This document shows, piece after piece, positions 18,912-32,400 of a stretch of 64,000 bases of DNA (position 1 is its first letter; the number at the start of each line of letters is the position of its first letter). The position numbers and the translations under genes are program-made. Source of the stretch: the human T2T-CHM13v2.0 reference genome, Homo sapiens; NCBI RefSeq assembly GCF_009914755.1, contig NC_060944.1. One strand, written 5' to 3'. The notes under the pieces were generated by a model, which saw only the letters and a program-made list of their open reading frames with translations, searched no databases and was not told where the DNA came from.

Positions 18912-21644
18912 TGCCTTTGCCAAGTTTAGCTCTAAGCACCAAATGGGGTCCTTGCCCTCTAGGAACTTCTAGTCCAGAACAGAGGAGAGGATCAGGTTGC
19001 AAGTGATTATCCTTCTACCAGGCAGGGGGTGGAGCGCTGCCAAGGAGGGTGTGGCTGGCACAGCTGAGGGGCCAGGCTGGCTAGACCGGACAGGAGTACG
19101 GGGAGGAGAGGCAGGTTCACAATCCAGGCTGGGGCATCCTCTCCTCCCCATCTCACTGCCCCATGAGGTCCCTTGTTCGTTCAAGTGCCAACCAGAAGAG
19201 CTGGGACAGAGGCCTCTCTTGTGTGCCAAGACGGGGGCCACCACCACCCTCTGAGCTCTGACCACTGCCCTCTCACCTCTTATTGCTTTCCCAAGTGTTT
19301 ACCTCCTGATTCTAAAACGATGGTCCAATTTTTGTTTTATTTTAAAGTTAGGAACACACTGCATGTAGCACACTTCATGGAGCACAAGTGTTTTCACATG
19401 CCTTATCCCACTAAGTGGTTTTGTTTTGTTTTAGAAAGTCTGGCACACAGAGAACCTTCTAGTTCTTTAAAAAAAAAAATCATAAATTTTTAAATTTGAT
19501 AATTATCCAGAACAAAACAAAGCAAACCCTAAGGTTAAAAGTGAGCATCCTATAAGTTAAGTATAGATCTTTGATGTTGGGGAAACCTTTGAATTTTACA
19601 AATCGATGTCCTTGAGAATTGGGTTCCAGCCAGACCCACTGTAGGCATTGTTTTCTTTTTTTCTTTTTCCTTCCTTCCTCCCTTCCTTCCTTTCTTCCTC
19701 CCATTCCCCCTCCCCACTTTGAAAAACAAGTTTTATTCTCTTGGGTTATGTTCATTAGAGAGGGAAGACAATTCTGTTCAGCAAGGAAAGGTGAGGGGAA
19801 GAGAAAAGGGGGGAATTCAGCCAGAGGAGAACAGGGACAAGGTTGATTGCTCTGTGCTGGGGTGAGGGTGGGGGGCAGAGAGAGAACATCACAGCCAGAT
19901 GCAAATCACAAGAGCAGACCTTCAGCTTCCTGGCATTGGTGGGGAAAATATTCCGTCAGCTGCCTTTCTATGTCCTGGGCTTCATTCATCAGCTCAAGAG
20001 AAAAAAAATAAAATCAAAATTTCATCCTAATTTGTTGTGGTTGGACCCCATTCTCCCACATTTTGGCCTTCTTGTAAAGCACAACCACAAAGGCAGAAGT
20101 GGCTTCCTGGGCTGACCTGCCTCTCAGTTCATTCTCAAGGCGTTAGCCTCATCCCATCAGGAGGAGTTCAGACTCTCCCCAAGCACCAAGAGTTAGAAAT
20201 GTGTTGCTAATTGATTTGAGCTAAATTTGTGTTGCTTTGAGACTTAGCAAAATGGCTGATTAGGGGCCAGTGTTGGGGAAAATAATTGCTGATCTAATAG
20301 CTATGAAAAGGAACTCATTCACAAATATGTTTATAAAATGGGCCTTCTGTGACATTTTGGAATTGTCAGGGAGTTAGGGGTCACGGTGGTTCTTCAGGAA
20401 GAAAGAAATGTTGTTGGGAAATGTTTAGTGGAAATTTAGCATAAAATGACATGCCTAATTTAAGAAAACAGTTAAATCCATCATGGTTCCAAGTGAAAAC
20501 AGTTGTCACAAATTAATTTTTCAAATGTTTGACTATTGGCAGGTCTGAGGTTTACTCATCTGTAGGTTATGTCCAACTTGGCAAAAGCATGGAATCCTGC
20601 CCAGTCCTTGGTACACAGGGACTAGCACATGTACCCATTTTTTCTCACTGATAAGTTATTTCCTAATTTTTTGGTTAACTTGAAGGTCGAAATAGCCTTA
20701 CTCCTTTTTGTCTGTCTAGTAGCATCTCTAAGCTTGCAGTAGCTGCTCACGTGTCTGCCACGCCCCTTAGAAGGACGAATCCTTGCCTGGTCGGTGAGTT
20801 TGCCTCAATTCGGGCATTTTCATTTGTTCATTCATTCGATATACATGTATTGAGTGCCAAATATGTGCCCTTCCCCGTGGGGAAGACAAAAGTATGAGAC
20901 ACTGCTACTCCCTTGATGGAATCAAAACAAACCCAGGAAGTTAACAAGAGTGGGCAGTCTCTGCTAAGCGATTACACAGGGAATAAATAAGGAAAGATGG
21001 AAAGATTGTCAACCAAAAGACTTCAACAACCTGCTAAGAGTCTTCCAGCCCAGTTGAGCACACCAAATCAGAGGTTACCTAAAAGTGTCATGAGTGCTGA
21101 TAATTAAACTGCAGAAAACCTAGAAGGATCTGCTGGGGTCAAAACAAGCAACATTTGACAGGCACAGCCATTCAGATTTTCATGCCACTCTGAGGCTGAA
21201 AATTTCTGCACAAACAGCAGTGACTGAACCTTTGCTAGTCACAGGATAGACCTCCCTGTTGATAGGGTAGACCTCCCTGTTGATAACTTGTCAGTCATGG
21301 GACTGAATGAGGCCTTTCTCCAGGAGGCACAGCCCAGAGGGTTACTGGCCATGCTGAGGAGGCAGTCTTGCTTCCAGGAGGGGCTGCAGAGGCCTGGCCC
21401 AAGAGTGGTGCTGAGAACTGCCTTTTGCCAACTTCTTTCTTTCATTGTGCACTCTCTGGAGCCAAACTATGCCTTCCAGGATCTTTCAAGACTAAAATTC
21501 TCTTAGGAAGATGGGCCCAATATTTCCCACCTAACCTTAGAAATCTTCTATGTCTAGGATTAGTGTTTTGAGAGTTAGATGGGAAAGTGTAGTTTGCAGC
21601 CAGATCCTTATGTACTACAGAGTGCTTTCACCTTAGTGCTTTCA

Positions 21645-21912
21645 TCCTCCATCTTAGCTCCAACCCTCCATCTTAGCTCTTGGGCTGGCCCCCGTCTTAG
21701 CTCTAGCCTTACATCTTAGCTCCTGGCCTGCCCTCCATCTTAGCTTCTGGCCTGCCTTCTATCTTAGCTCCTGGCCTGCCCTCCATCTTAGCTCCTGGCC
21801 TGCCTTCTATCTTTGCTCCTGGCCTGCCCTCTATCTTTGCTGCTGGCCTGCCTTCCATCTTAGTTCCTGGCCTGCCCTCTATCTTAGTTCCAGTCCTCCA
21901 TCTTAGATCCTG
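21645..21912. repeat. Minisatellite, 24-bp unit ATCTTAGCTCCTGGCCTGCC(C/T)TC(C/T); 7 full units plus 19-bp and degenerate flanking units
   Basis: Units read directly from 21713 onward; 19-bp variants at 21651 and ~21881. Confidence 0.9.
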
Positions 21913-24900
21913 AGCTTTGGGTCTCTTTTGTTTTGTTCCCTAATGCAGATAGAGATAGTCTATATTCAAATACTATAATTAATTTCCAGCCATTGTGGAA
22001 TGAAAAACACATTTTAATTTCCAGAATTTAATTTCCAACTTTCCTTTCACAAATACTTTTAAATTATCTATTTATTACCCTTGAAATAATATGTCTTATG
22101 GATAGGTCTCTGTAACTATCACAGCATATGATAGTGACCTTTATGTTTTTTTGAAAATATCTGTGTAATACAGATTGCTAGCTATTTTTTATGTTAAAAA
22201 TAAGACAAGGGAAGGTTGTCTGGATGACTGAACTGAAAGAACTCTCAGGTGAACTTTGCTCCATAGTGAATATGATTGAGATTTATAGAATTATTAAGTT
22301 GTGGCTTCTTAAAAATTGCCACCGAAACAAGAATGCCTGAATTTTGTGTTCTGGGTGATCGTGGATGAGCACATGGCACATCTGAAAAGTGATTTGGCCC
22401 CAGGCCTCCTTACCTCCCTGCAGGTGGCTGTGTTCTCTTCAGTTAATCCCATTAGCTGGCAAAGGCTGATGAGGCTACTCGTAAGGGACATGTGCATTTT
22501 CATAAAGAGCTTTAGAGGCCCAAAAGCCCAGAGAGTCACATTTTTAATAGTGGGGTTCCTAAGAGTAGCATTCTAACAAGAGGCATTGGGGGGAACAGGG
22601 GAGAGCATTTGGGCAGTCACCCCCTCCCCACTTCTAGTTCCAGCCCCATACCCTGTTTTCCCAACCCAAGTCTATGGCTGCCTAGCAGCCCTCTAAGCAA
22701 TGAGTTGACTTTCTTCCACTGTGACCCCAGGACACGTGGACCCCTCACACCAGATCTCCAAGTAGCAGCATAGTGCTTAGTGTTATTCTGCCTGGCAGCG
22801 GGGTGCCCCCCCCACCCCATTCAGTGGCAGTCAGGTTCAGATCGTAGCCTTCAGGGTGCCTGACTCATTCCGGCTCCGGTCGATAATGACAAGCCCCATG
22901 TTTTTCTCCAGCGTCCACGGCTATGACACATACAACAGTCAGGAAATAAAAGAGGCTTGAGTACTATACGGTTGCTTTACTTTCTTTAAAAAAGAAATAT
23001 AATGTGAAGGGCATGGGGGAAGGAGCAAGGAGGCAGGAGTCCAGGCCAGCAAATAAGCCAGCAGCAAAACAACCTTGTTGTTTGTATGTTACATAAACAG
23101 CCCCCCCAACTGTCCTGCGGTTATATCCTTAGGAAAAACTGGGGCTTAGTGGCGCTTGGGTTGATTTCACACCTTAGCTTAGAGTTACTCAGAGGTGTAT
23201 TAACAGCTAATGATTCCATTGAGGGCGGCCCAGATTGCCATCTTGACTTGCCAGATATTAGCAATACTCTTATAGAAACCCAAAAGCCTGCCAATTAAGT
23301 TCCCCAGTGTAAGTTAAAAGGGGCCTTTCTGAGATGCGTGATCTTTAGGAAAAGGAAATTAAACTAATTTTGAAAGCTCCTAACACTCGAGTTTCCTTAT
23401 AATGTAAGTAGGTGACAGCTGGGATGAATATTATGAGTCCCTCCCATAATGTGTATTTGAATAGATGTCATGGATTCTAATGGCAGAGTTCAAAGTCACT
23501 CAGAGGGGCGGGTTTTTATTTTTTTAATGTCACCCACCTGAAATTATTTTCAGAAAGTTCTGTAATGGCTAACAGGATTAGAATGACATTGTCACAAAAT
23601 GATATGAGGTGTTAAAAAGACCCCTACATGATGCGGTGTCCACAACGCACAAGAAGTACCCCCCCACCCAAGCATGACTCAGTAACACTCAGTGAGGAGG
23701 AGAGCATCGAATTATATAAGTTACAGTTTTATTTCAGACACACAAGCACGTAGGCCAGCAGTGATAGTAAACATGCAGGCATGCTTTCCCTCTGAGCATG
23801 AGAGGCGTTTGGATTTTACCCTCCCAGATGCAGAACCTCTGTACTTCTAAACAGCTTCCTCCTGACCCTTAGCTAAGTCAACGGGGAAAATCAGCCTCCA
23901 AGTTTTGCTAAATTGTGTACCATGACAGTGACTTGTATTTAGGAGACCTTGCGTGGATCTAAAGCCCAGAAGTAGCCACCACCACCGTTCCTCCTGATGA
24001 AAATGGCCTCACCAGCACCTCGCTGCAAACAGACACCAGCTCAAAACATTGATTTTCTCCCCACCCTCGCAGGGTTAGGATTCTGCTTAGAACTCTGCTT
24101 TAAGCTAAAATTTCCATCACCAAAGGGCCTGATTTCAGGCAGAGAAAGGACCACTTTAGCAAATGAGAGAAGCGAAGAGGAGTGGAGGAGGAGGGTCATT
24201 TCAACAGCAGCAAAACTCAGCCATGCCATTTTCCCTGACAGCACTTTAATTATGATGAAAGAACAAGATTTTTTTTTTCCGGTTTTTACAGAGGAGGCTC
24301 GTGGTGGGGGGAAAGGAGGGGGCTCTGAAAGAGATGTGAGCTGCCAAGGTACAGAGTGCAAAGCGGCTGTCACTGCCAAATGACAGATGCAGTTGGAGAG
24401 GGGGAGAGAAGCCCTTCCCTGAGCCTGTGCACCAGTGGCCTATTCTGTGGGGGCCCAGGACTAGTCAGCCAGGGGCAAATGGTGAATAGGATGGCCCAAA
24501 GGAGCCACCTGCTACATGCTAGCTTCCCCCTTTCCTTCCGTGAGATTTTAACCCCAGGGCTGGTTCTCCTAGTTGTGCTCTGCTCCACCAGCTTTGAAAG
24601 CCTTGGAGGGGTTTCAAGTGGTCACATACCTTATTGTTGAAAAGGATGTTTTTCTTTAAAGTCAGGTGCTAAGTCAGGTGTGAGGTTGAAATGGACACTT
24701 AAGGGCTTCAGAGCAGGATAAAGGGACAGAGCCCAGGAAGCCCAGGACTGATGCTCTGATGGGCAGAAGCCAGCCGTGTTTTAGGAATGGGGAAAGAGTT
24801 GGAGCACCAGATGTTAAGAGGCTACAGTCAGCTCAAGCAAGAACGAGAGAACGGCGCTGTCACTGACTTCCCACCTCCCGGCCTTGCCGGTAATCCCTGC

Positions 24901-27900
24901 TCTGATTGGAGGCATGGGGTCCACAGGAGGCACCTATTGTGTTGCTACAATGCCCAAAAGTGGCCTGAGAATTCTGGGCTGCTAGTGTTTAGAAAGAGAT
25001 ATAAGTGAACCCTAGACTCTCACAGCTGGAAAAAGCCTTTCTTCCTGGGAATGGGAAGTAACAAAATGAGTCCAGGTTAGCTGTGGAGTCCTTAGAGATG
25101 AAGGGAGCAGAGAGGGCGGAAAAAAAACAAAAACAAAGAAGGTGCATTATTTTGTGTTTCCTTTCACCTCCCTCCTTGGTTTTAGGGCCCTTTCCTGGCA
25201 TGCAACAGGAAGTGCAGGCTGTGTTGAGAGCCTCTGGTGCAGACTTACGCAGAGCACAAGAGATGATGTGAGCCTGCTTGTCTGGGCTGCTTTTGTGTAA
25301 CTGAATTACACAGTATCTATGTTAGAAGTGATGTCACCCAAGAGAGCCCCATGGCCTTGAACTAAACACCAAGGGGCATCGGGCCCCGGCCCCAGGAGGC
25401 CTGCTATGCAGCAACTTTTCTGAACAATTTGTGATTTTCTGTTCTTATTCCCCTCACTAAATTGTCATGCTGCTAGAGACACTTCTAATTTGATGGTTAT
25501 TAATGGGCAGCTGGTAATGAAACAGCAAGGACTTAGGGCTTTGCAGTAGGTGAATTACGGACATTTACAAGTAAAACAACTTTACTTCTTACATTTAGCA
25601 AGAGGTTTAACAAGCAAAGTGCAACATCTGCAGAATCTTATGGGAGGAGGCAGTGGTCTTGAAATTGTGAGGCAGTACTGCAGGGATAGAGATCGCCTTT
25701 CCCTAGAACAACTGCAATCTCCCCATCAGAGCCAACTGGAAATACAAATTTGCTCCTATCTCCATGCGTGGTGATTCTGCCTGCTACAGAGATGGAGGAA
25801 CAGTGATCTGGCTGATTTTAATGGGCCCATTTAGGGAAAAACACTTAAAAAATATGTGAAAATGCATTTTCCCCCTATTCCTTCTGGAAAGCAACATTAG
25901 GGTCCGGCAGTTCTGTCTGGAAGGAGGGAGATGCAGGAGCAGCATCCTGGCTTATGACCGCGTGGCTGCTTAGTGGTTTTATTTTAGAAAGAGTTTTAAT
26001 GCAGAGGCAGCGGTGGTGGTGGGGGTGCGGGTGGGGGGGGAGGGAGACAAATCAGATGTAGAGGTTTGCAGAGCCTGGAGGCCAAAGGAAGCCCACTTCA
26101 GGAGACCACATTTTCAGCATCAGAATAAGTAAAGTATTTGAGGATTTTTGTCTCCTCTTAAAAATAGGCACTTTGGAAAAGGAAAATATGCAGGCTTTTG
26201 AGAAACACAGTGAGGTGATCAGTTAATGTGAGGTGGTGGTGATTGTAACGTCGGAAGAATTGGTCTCATTTTTCATGTCACAATTAATATTGTTTGAGAT
26301 TAGATAGCTTCTTAATTTAGACCATTTACATTTTACAGAGCACTAAAAAGCAAGCCTCCAAGCCACTTTCTGGCAGCACAAAGCCAAATAAATGGGAACA
26401 ATATAACCTTAAAAAGATCCATTCTTTCACTTGTAGCTTTGCTCTGGTCAATATCGAGTCATTTAGCACAATCTAAAAAACTCACATTTTTCACTGCTAG
26501 AAATATGTAATTCTTCCTACTATTCATTGCCTGCAGATGTCCTGTTCTGGGGACCTTTTTGACTTGGGTTTTTGTCTTCTTGACACCAAAGCATACAATC
26601 AATTTGGTCAAAAGTTCAATCGTGAAAAAGCATCTGGATGTTTTGTCTATAAACAACCAGTTTGCCTGAATATTTGAGAGGATCAGCTCAGCCAACCACC
26701 TGTCCTGATGTTACCCCAACACAGCCCAAATGCACTCAGAGGGGTGCGGAAGGAAGGGTACACACAAACAAGGTGTGGGGGTCTCGCTTTCTCTGCTGCA
26801 GCCATCTGAAATCGGCTGCAGAGGAGGGGGGAAATGAAGCAGCAGGCTAGTCCTTCTAGGCAGACGTGGAGAGAGAACCGTGTGGAAAGATATCTTTATG
26901 GCTAGACTCTCAGCAACATCACTGTCAGAATCTGGTGCCTGCAGCCATCTTAGAATTTAGAGGAAGCTGAAGGCACCTGCCCACATTTTGTCTTAGGTTA
27001 CAACCAGCTCAATCCAGCCAGCAAAAAATAAGGTTGAGAAGCATTTCGCTTTTACAGAAAAAGAAAAAATTTCCATGATTCTGTTCCTTGAAAAAAAAGC
27101 TGACCCTCCCCAACCCAAACCTTTTATTTCAAAGTCACCAAAACTGAGACTAGATAATCTCTCTCTCTCTCTTTTTCCTCGTGTGCATAGCCAGTTTAGA
27201 CTCTCTTGGCTGGAATTTTTCCTGATCTCTCAGTGCAGTAAAAAGCCAGGCAGATGGGGGAAGAAGGGAACATGGAGAGGCAGAAGAAGGGGCAATGGCT
27301 CCTTGGCACATCTCCCTTTGTAGTTCAGTCTTACACGGTCCATTTTTATTTGCAAATAGCTCAGCCCAAAAGAGGGTATTGATATGACCCCTAGATGCTG
27401 TTCCGAATCCATCTTACTTATTTTCCCTCGGGGGTGCAGGCAGGGCAGAGCCCAGATATGATCAGACCTTCAAAGCGCAGCCTTGATCCTTTATTTTTCA
27501 TGTTACAGTCACAGACCTTGAAAATGTGTTTTCAGCAGTTTACCACATACCGAGAATTTCAGGAAACAAAAGGTCAAGAATTGATGACTTAGATTTATTA
27601 GTGGCCCCATTAAGCAGACCTCAGAATTCTAATGATGGGCCTTTGCTAGACAAATCAATGTCATGTTTCTAAAAGGACAAGCGTGACAGCTGGGTGATTT
27701 CACAGAATTATCAGGTATTGGGAGGAAGGTTAAGCAGGGGTTCAATTACTATCAATTACAATGATGTTCTTGTTTGTTTCCCTGGGGTTTTCATGCTGCT
27801 AGTTGTGTATTTTTTCCCTTGCATTTGCATATTTGCTGTTTTGCTTTACATGTTTTAGAAATTATCCATCTATTTTTTTTTTTCCTCTCAAAATCTCTTC

Positions 27901-29119
27901 TACCTTTGGCATCAATTGTAGAAACTAAATGTCTGCTGTAGAGTTCTATCCTTTAGTCATAGTTTTTTGTTCTGTTTTGTTTTGTTTTTAAACAAAGTTC
28001 TCTTCTCTGCCTCCCCACCCAATAAACTGAGTGGATGTATAGTTATGCCAAGTTGTGGAAAACACATTTAACACATTTAAGAACGTGCCAGGTATGAAAT
28101 ATAAAGTATGTTATACCTAAGATTAAAATATTAATTCGATTTGGGGATTATGCCAGTCAACATTTTGGTTTTACATGCATTCATTCAACTAACTTATGGT
28201 ATCTTGTTGAAATGATGCATTTAAAATAATTACTGATTTAATTAAAAGAAAACTAAGGAACTTTTCAGGCTGAGAATGACATTAAATTATCCTGTTCTTG
28301 AGCGCCTCCCAGAGGCGTGGGTTAAATAACACCAGAATATGAATTGAGGGTCATTTCGGCTTTTCTAGACTTTGGGATGCCTCCAATGGTTATGAGTAAA
28401 AGGAGTGGTGCTTTAACTTAGAGATTAGATGTCTCTGGGTCCCAATTAAGTTTTATATCCATTTCCTTTGTATGGTTGAGCTATTTGGCACCATCTTGGC
28501 AGAAGACAGGGATCCAGGGCCTTTGCTACCAGTGGAAGGGATTGAGGAAAGCTTCCTCAGTGATAAGTCTTGGCTTGGCAAAACATAGCCTAGCCTTCTT
28601 CCTTCCCTCTCCAGACCAGGGCACCACGTGGAGATAGCGCCGTTTGCTTGGGCTGGCCTTGGACATTTCAGAGTTCCCCTCTTACTACATGCTGACATCA
28701 TCCCGCAACTCCCCATGTGCCTTCCCTCACTGTTGCCAAGTGCTCTTGAAAGTCAACCACCTTCCTGGGTGACTGCTGCTTTCTCACCTCAGGTTAAACC
28801 CATGGACCCAGTGAAAGTTCTCCCAGGGGCTCCCATACCCGGGGGTAATCATACCTTCCATATGTGAAGGGCTAGTTTTCCAGAGTTTTTATTTCTTGGT
28901 GTTAGGTCACTGCAACCCTGGGATAAAAATAGATGTAATTAGCATGTTGCAGATCAGACTCTGCACTTGTAGCTTTGTGCCACTTTCTCTAATAATACCA
29001 ATTTTGGTGACACATTTCCTAGAATCCTGGACTTGCTTCAATCCCTAAAATCCTCCAAGAGCTGAATTGTAGGACAAACCTGTTTGCTTTAGAACCTAGA
29101 AGGGCTTTGTCCCAGTTAG

Positions 29120-29466
<347 letters not shown>

Positions 29467-32400
29467 TCATTTTTTTGTTTTTATTATCAGGGAGCAACGG
29501 CTCCATTCTCCCCTAAGGCTGACATTTTTGTTGAAGGCTGAGCACGCATGTCTTCCGTGCTTGTGGCAAAAGGCCCTTTCCTGGCTGGCTCCAGAATCCT
29601 CACCAGTTAATTGGGAAAAAATTTGAGTTAGGCATCACAATTTCAGCCGAGCTGGGCAAACAACGAGTACACCTGTCACTCGAGCCAGTGTCCAAAACTC
29701 AGCCCCATGGATCACAGCTGTAGCGTTATTTCAGCATGAGCAATTCAGTATTTAATGTTCCTTAGAAAAAAAGTAAATCATTCCAAGCTGCTACTGTTCA
29801 CCTATTAACTCTTTCAGGATTTCATGGTGGTGAGGTGGAGGTGGGGAGTAATCTATAATTTGCTTGGCTAGCAGAGATAATATCCCCTTCCCAAGTCTGT
29901 CTTTCTTACATAATGGCCATTTCTTACATAATGGAGAAGAGGGGCTGCAAAACAATATCCTCTTGATCTGTGGCAGCCACTGCCTTCCAGAATGAGAAGT
30001 TAGATTTTCTTCTTTCGTTTCATTTATATTTTTACCTGCGCAGTACAGGTACTGCTTCCTACGATCAGCAGCTTCCATTTCTTCCCTCTTTCCACGGTAG
30101 CTTAAATTAGCCCATCATCATCAGCAAATCTTAATTTACAATTAAGTGCTGGGAAAAAAAAAAGTTCGTCATTAATCAGACCTTCTCATTTTATGTAAAT
30201 GGCCCCCAAAAGCAACACACATTTTTAATCTGTCCTGCCGATAGCTGAGCCCTTCTGTCATTTGGGTCCTAATAAATGAATTGGCCATCTGCAATTAATC
30301 TGCATAGTACAAATCATTGGAAGGCCGAGTCTGTCTGCCTTCTGAAAGAAACTGGCTATATTTAGTTTTTTAAGCAAGTCTGCTTTGTGTTCTTTGTAAA
30401 GTCAGCGACATTCTTTCAATTTTTTCGGTGTAATTAGCACAAAAGGAGCCGTAATCTGAGAAGGTAGTAGAGACTAAGGCAACCGAAAAACAGGAATGTT
30501 CAAGAAAGCAGGCAGAGGCAGCCTTCCCAGTATTGGGCGGCGTGACAGAGACCCTGGGACGTGGCTGTGGGTAGAGCTGAGGTCTGTAGCTCATAAAAAA
30601 TCTCCTTTTCATCTGATCCCCAGACTGGTTGCAAACGCTTGCCGCTTGGGCTGAATAATTTTCCCCTTCTCATAACTTCCAGTGGTCAGCAAGGACCTTA
30701 GAAAGACACAGTGCCATCTGGGCTCTGCTGTTGAGTGGGCTCCTGACAGGCCAGTGAGAGTTCTGTGCACACTGCCAAGCCCTCAATAAACTGCTGAGTG
30801 GGAGAGCAGAGGGCATAGCCCTGAGCTCCCCAGCAAATGCTGAATTTCAACCAACTGGAGGCTACATGGAAATCAAGCAGAGGAAGGCTGCAGTGGCCTT
30901 GGGAAGGAGAGTTAGAGCCTGTACGAAAAGAGGGGGCAGCCCTCCTCATTGGGAGCTGTGCAGACTGTGCCCCGATGGTTAGTTCCCCCCTCAAAATAAA
31001 AGCCAGGGAAATAGGTGGAGCTAAGCGGTAATTACACATTTTTCAATTTCAACTAAAACGTGTGGGCAAACACAAAACGATGAAAAGGTATCTACATTTC
31101 TAGATGAATTAAATGTGTGACTAATTATGTCACGTTAATTGCTTAATTCCTGGTTTACCAACAGCAGATGGAAGTGGGACTGGAGAGGGGGTTTTAGCTC
31201 TGAAGGCGAATGACACCTGAGGCCCAGTCTGAATCTCAGTTTTCCCAAACTGAGGCTAGACCATAACGGCAGGGCTGTTTGAAAATGATCACCTACATTT
31301 GGTTGGCAGGTAGATAAAATCTGAAGATGTAAAACTTCTATTTAGCAGTCGTTTCATTTGTATATGTCCACAAAGCAGCATTTAACTAAACAAAATGAAT
31401 TGCCTGATTAATCCAGTGTTTTTAACTGTCTAAACTCCAATTCTATGGAGCTAAATTTGAAGAAGTGAATACCATGAAAAAAACCCTAAAATCTTTAAAA
31501 TAAGAACAATTATAAAGGGCTTCTTTTATCTAAGGAAATTTTATTAGAACCTCAGGCCTCCTGACTGGGCTCAATATCACATCTCCAGGTGCACCAACTG
31601 CCTCTTATTTTTTCCTGTTGTCACTTGTTTAGTAAGATGTTGGATCAAAGTGTCATTTAAATAAGGCATCTTGTAAATAAGCAGGAAAGTAAACTGGTCC
31701 ATGTCTATTTTTAACTAGTCTCCCTACATTATTCTCCATCCTGGATGAGTTTCCATCTTCAAGGCCAAGTTAAAAGTTCTAAGCAACAGGTTTTCCCATT
31801 ATCTTAGTCCTCATGAAAATTTTTCCCCAAGGGAAGTGAAGGATATTTCAGTTTAGGAAAATTAGCTTTCCTGCTGTAGAGCGGCAAAACTCTTAAATAT
31901 TTTTTTCTACTCAATTAAGAGCTCCATTAAGTGGGTCCATTGATCTGTTATTGATGTTGATGTACCTCAAAGAAAATGGAGCTTCCTCAGTCTTCTCCTG
32001 GATTTGACTTTCAGTTTTGGAGTTACTTGTGGAAGCTGCCGCCTGTGTTCTGCTGATGGGTCTGCCTTTTGGTCCTGCTAGTGGGTTTGTTTTCTGCTCC
32101 CTGTTGATATCCAAGTTGTGTGTCCACCTAGAATCTTCAATGAAGGGTAACATGTGCATCATATCATTTAGGCTTCTAAAAGGAACAAAGTAATACATGT
32201 CATCTCTTTTTGTTAGCTTCCCCCTTCTTGAGGTAGATGGTGGTTTTGTTAAAAGTCCATTCCTGCCCACGCTGGGGCTCATGGGGATGTGGTGAGAAAG
32301 GCACTGATGGCCTGGGGAATTGGGCGTCTGTCCACAGAGACCAGGAAGCCTCTCTCACAGATGGTGCCTCCCCATCAGAGAGTCAGGAAAGATCAAGAAG

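Noticed and set aside
21246-21285. 21-bp tandem duplication TAGACCTCCCTGTTGATA(GGG)
   Set aside because: Ordinary local duplication with no functional cue
21645-21912. CRISPR-like appearance of the repeat array
   Set aside because: Head-to-tail units without unique spacers in a human intron; it is a minisatellite
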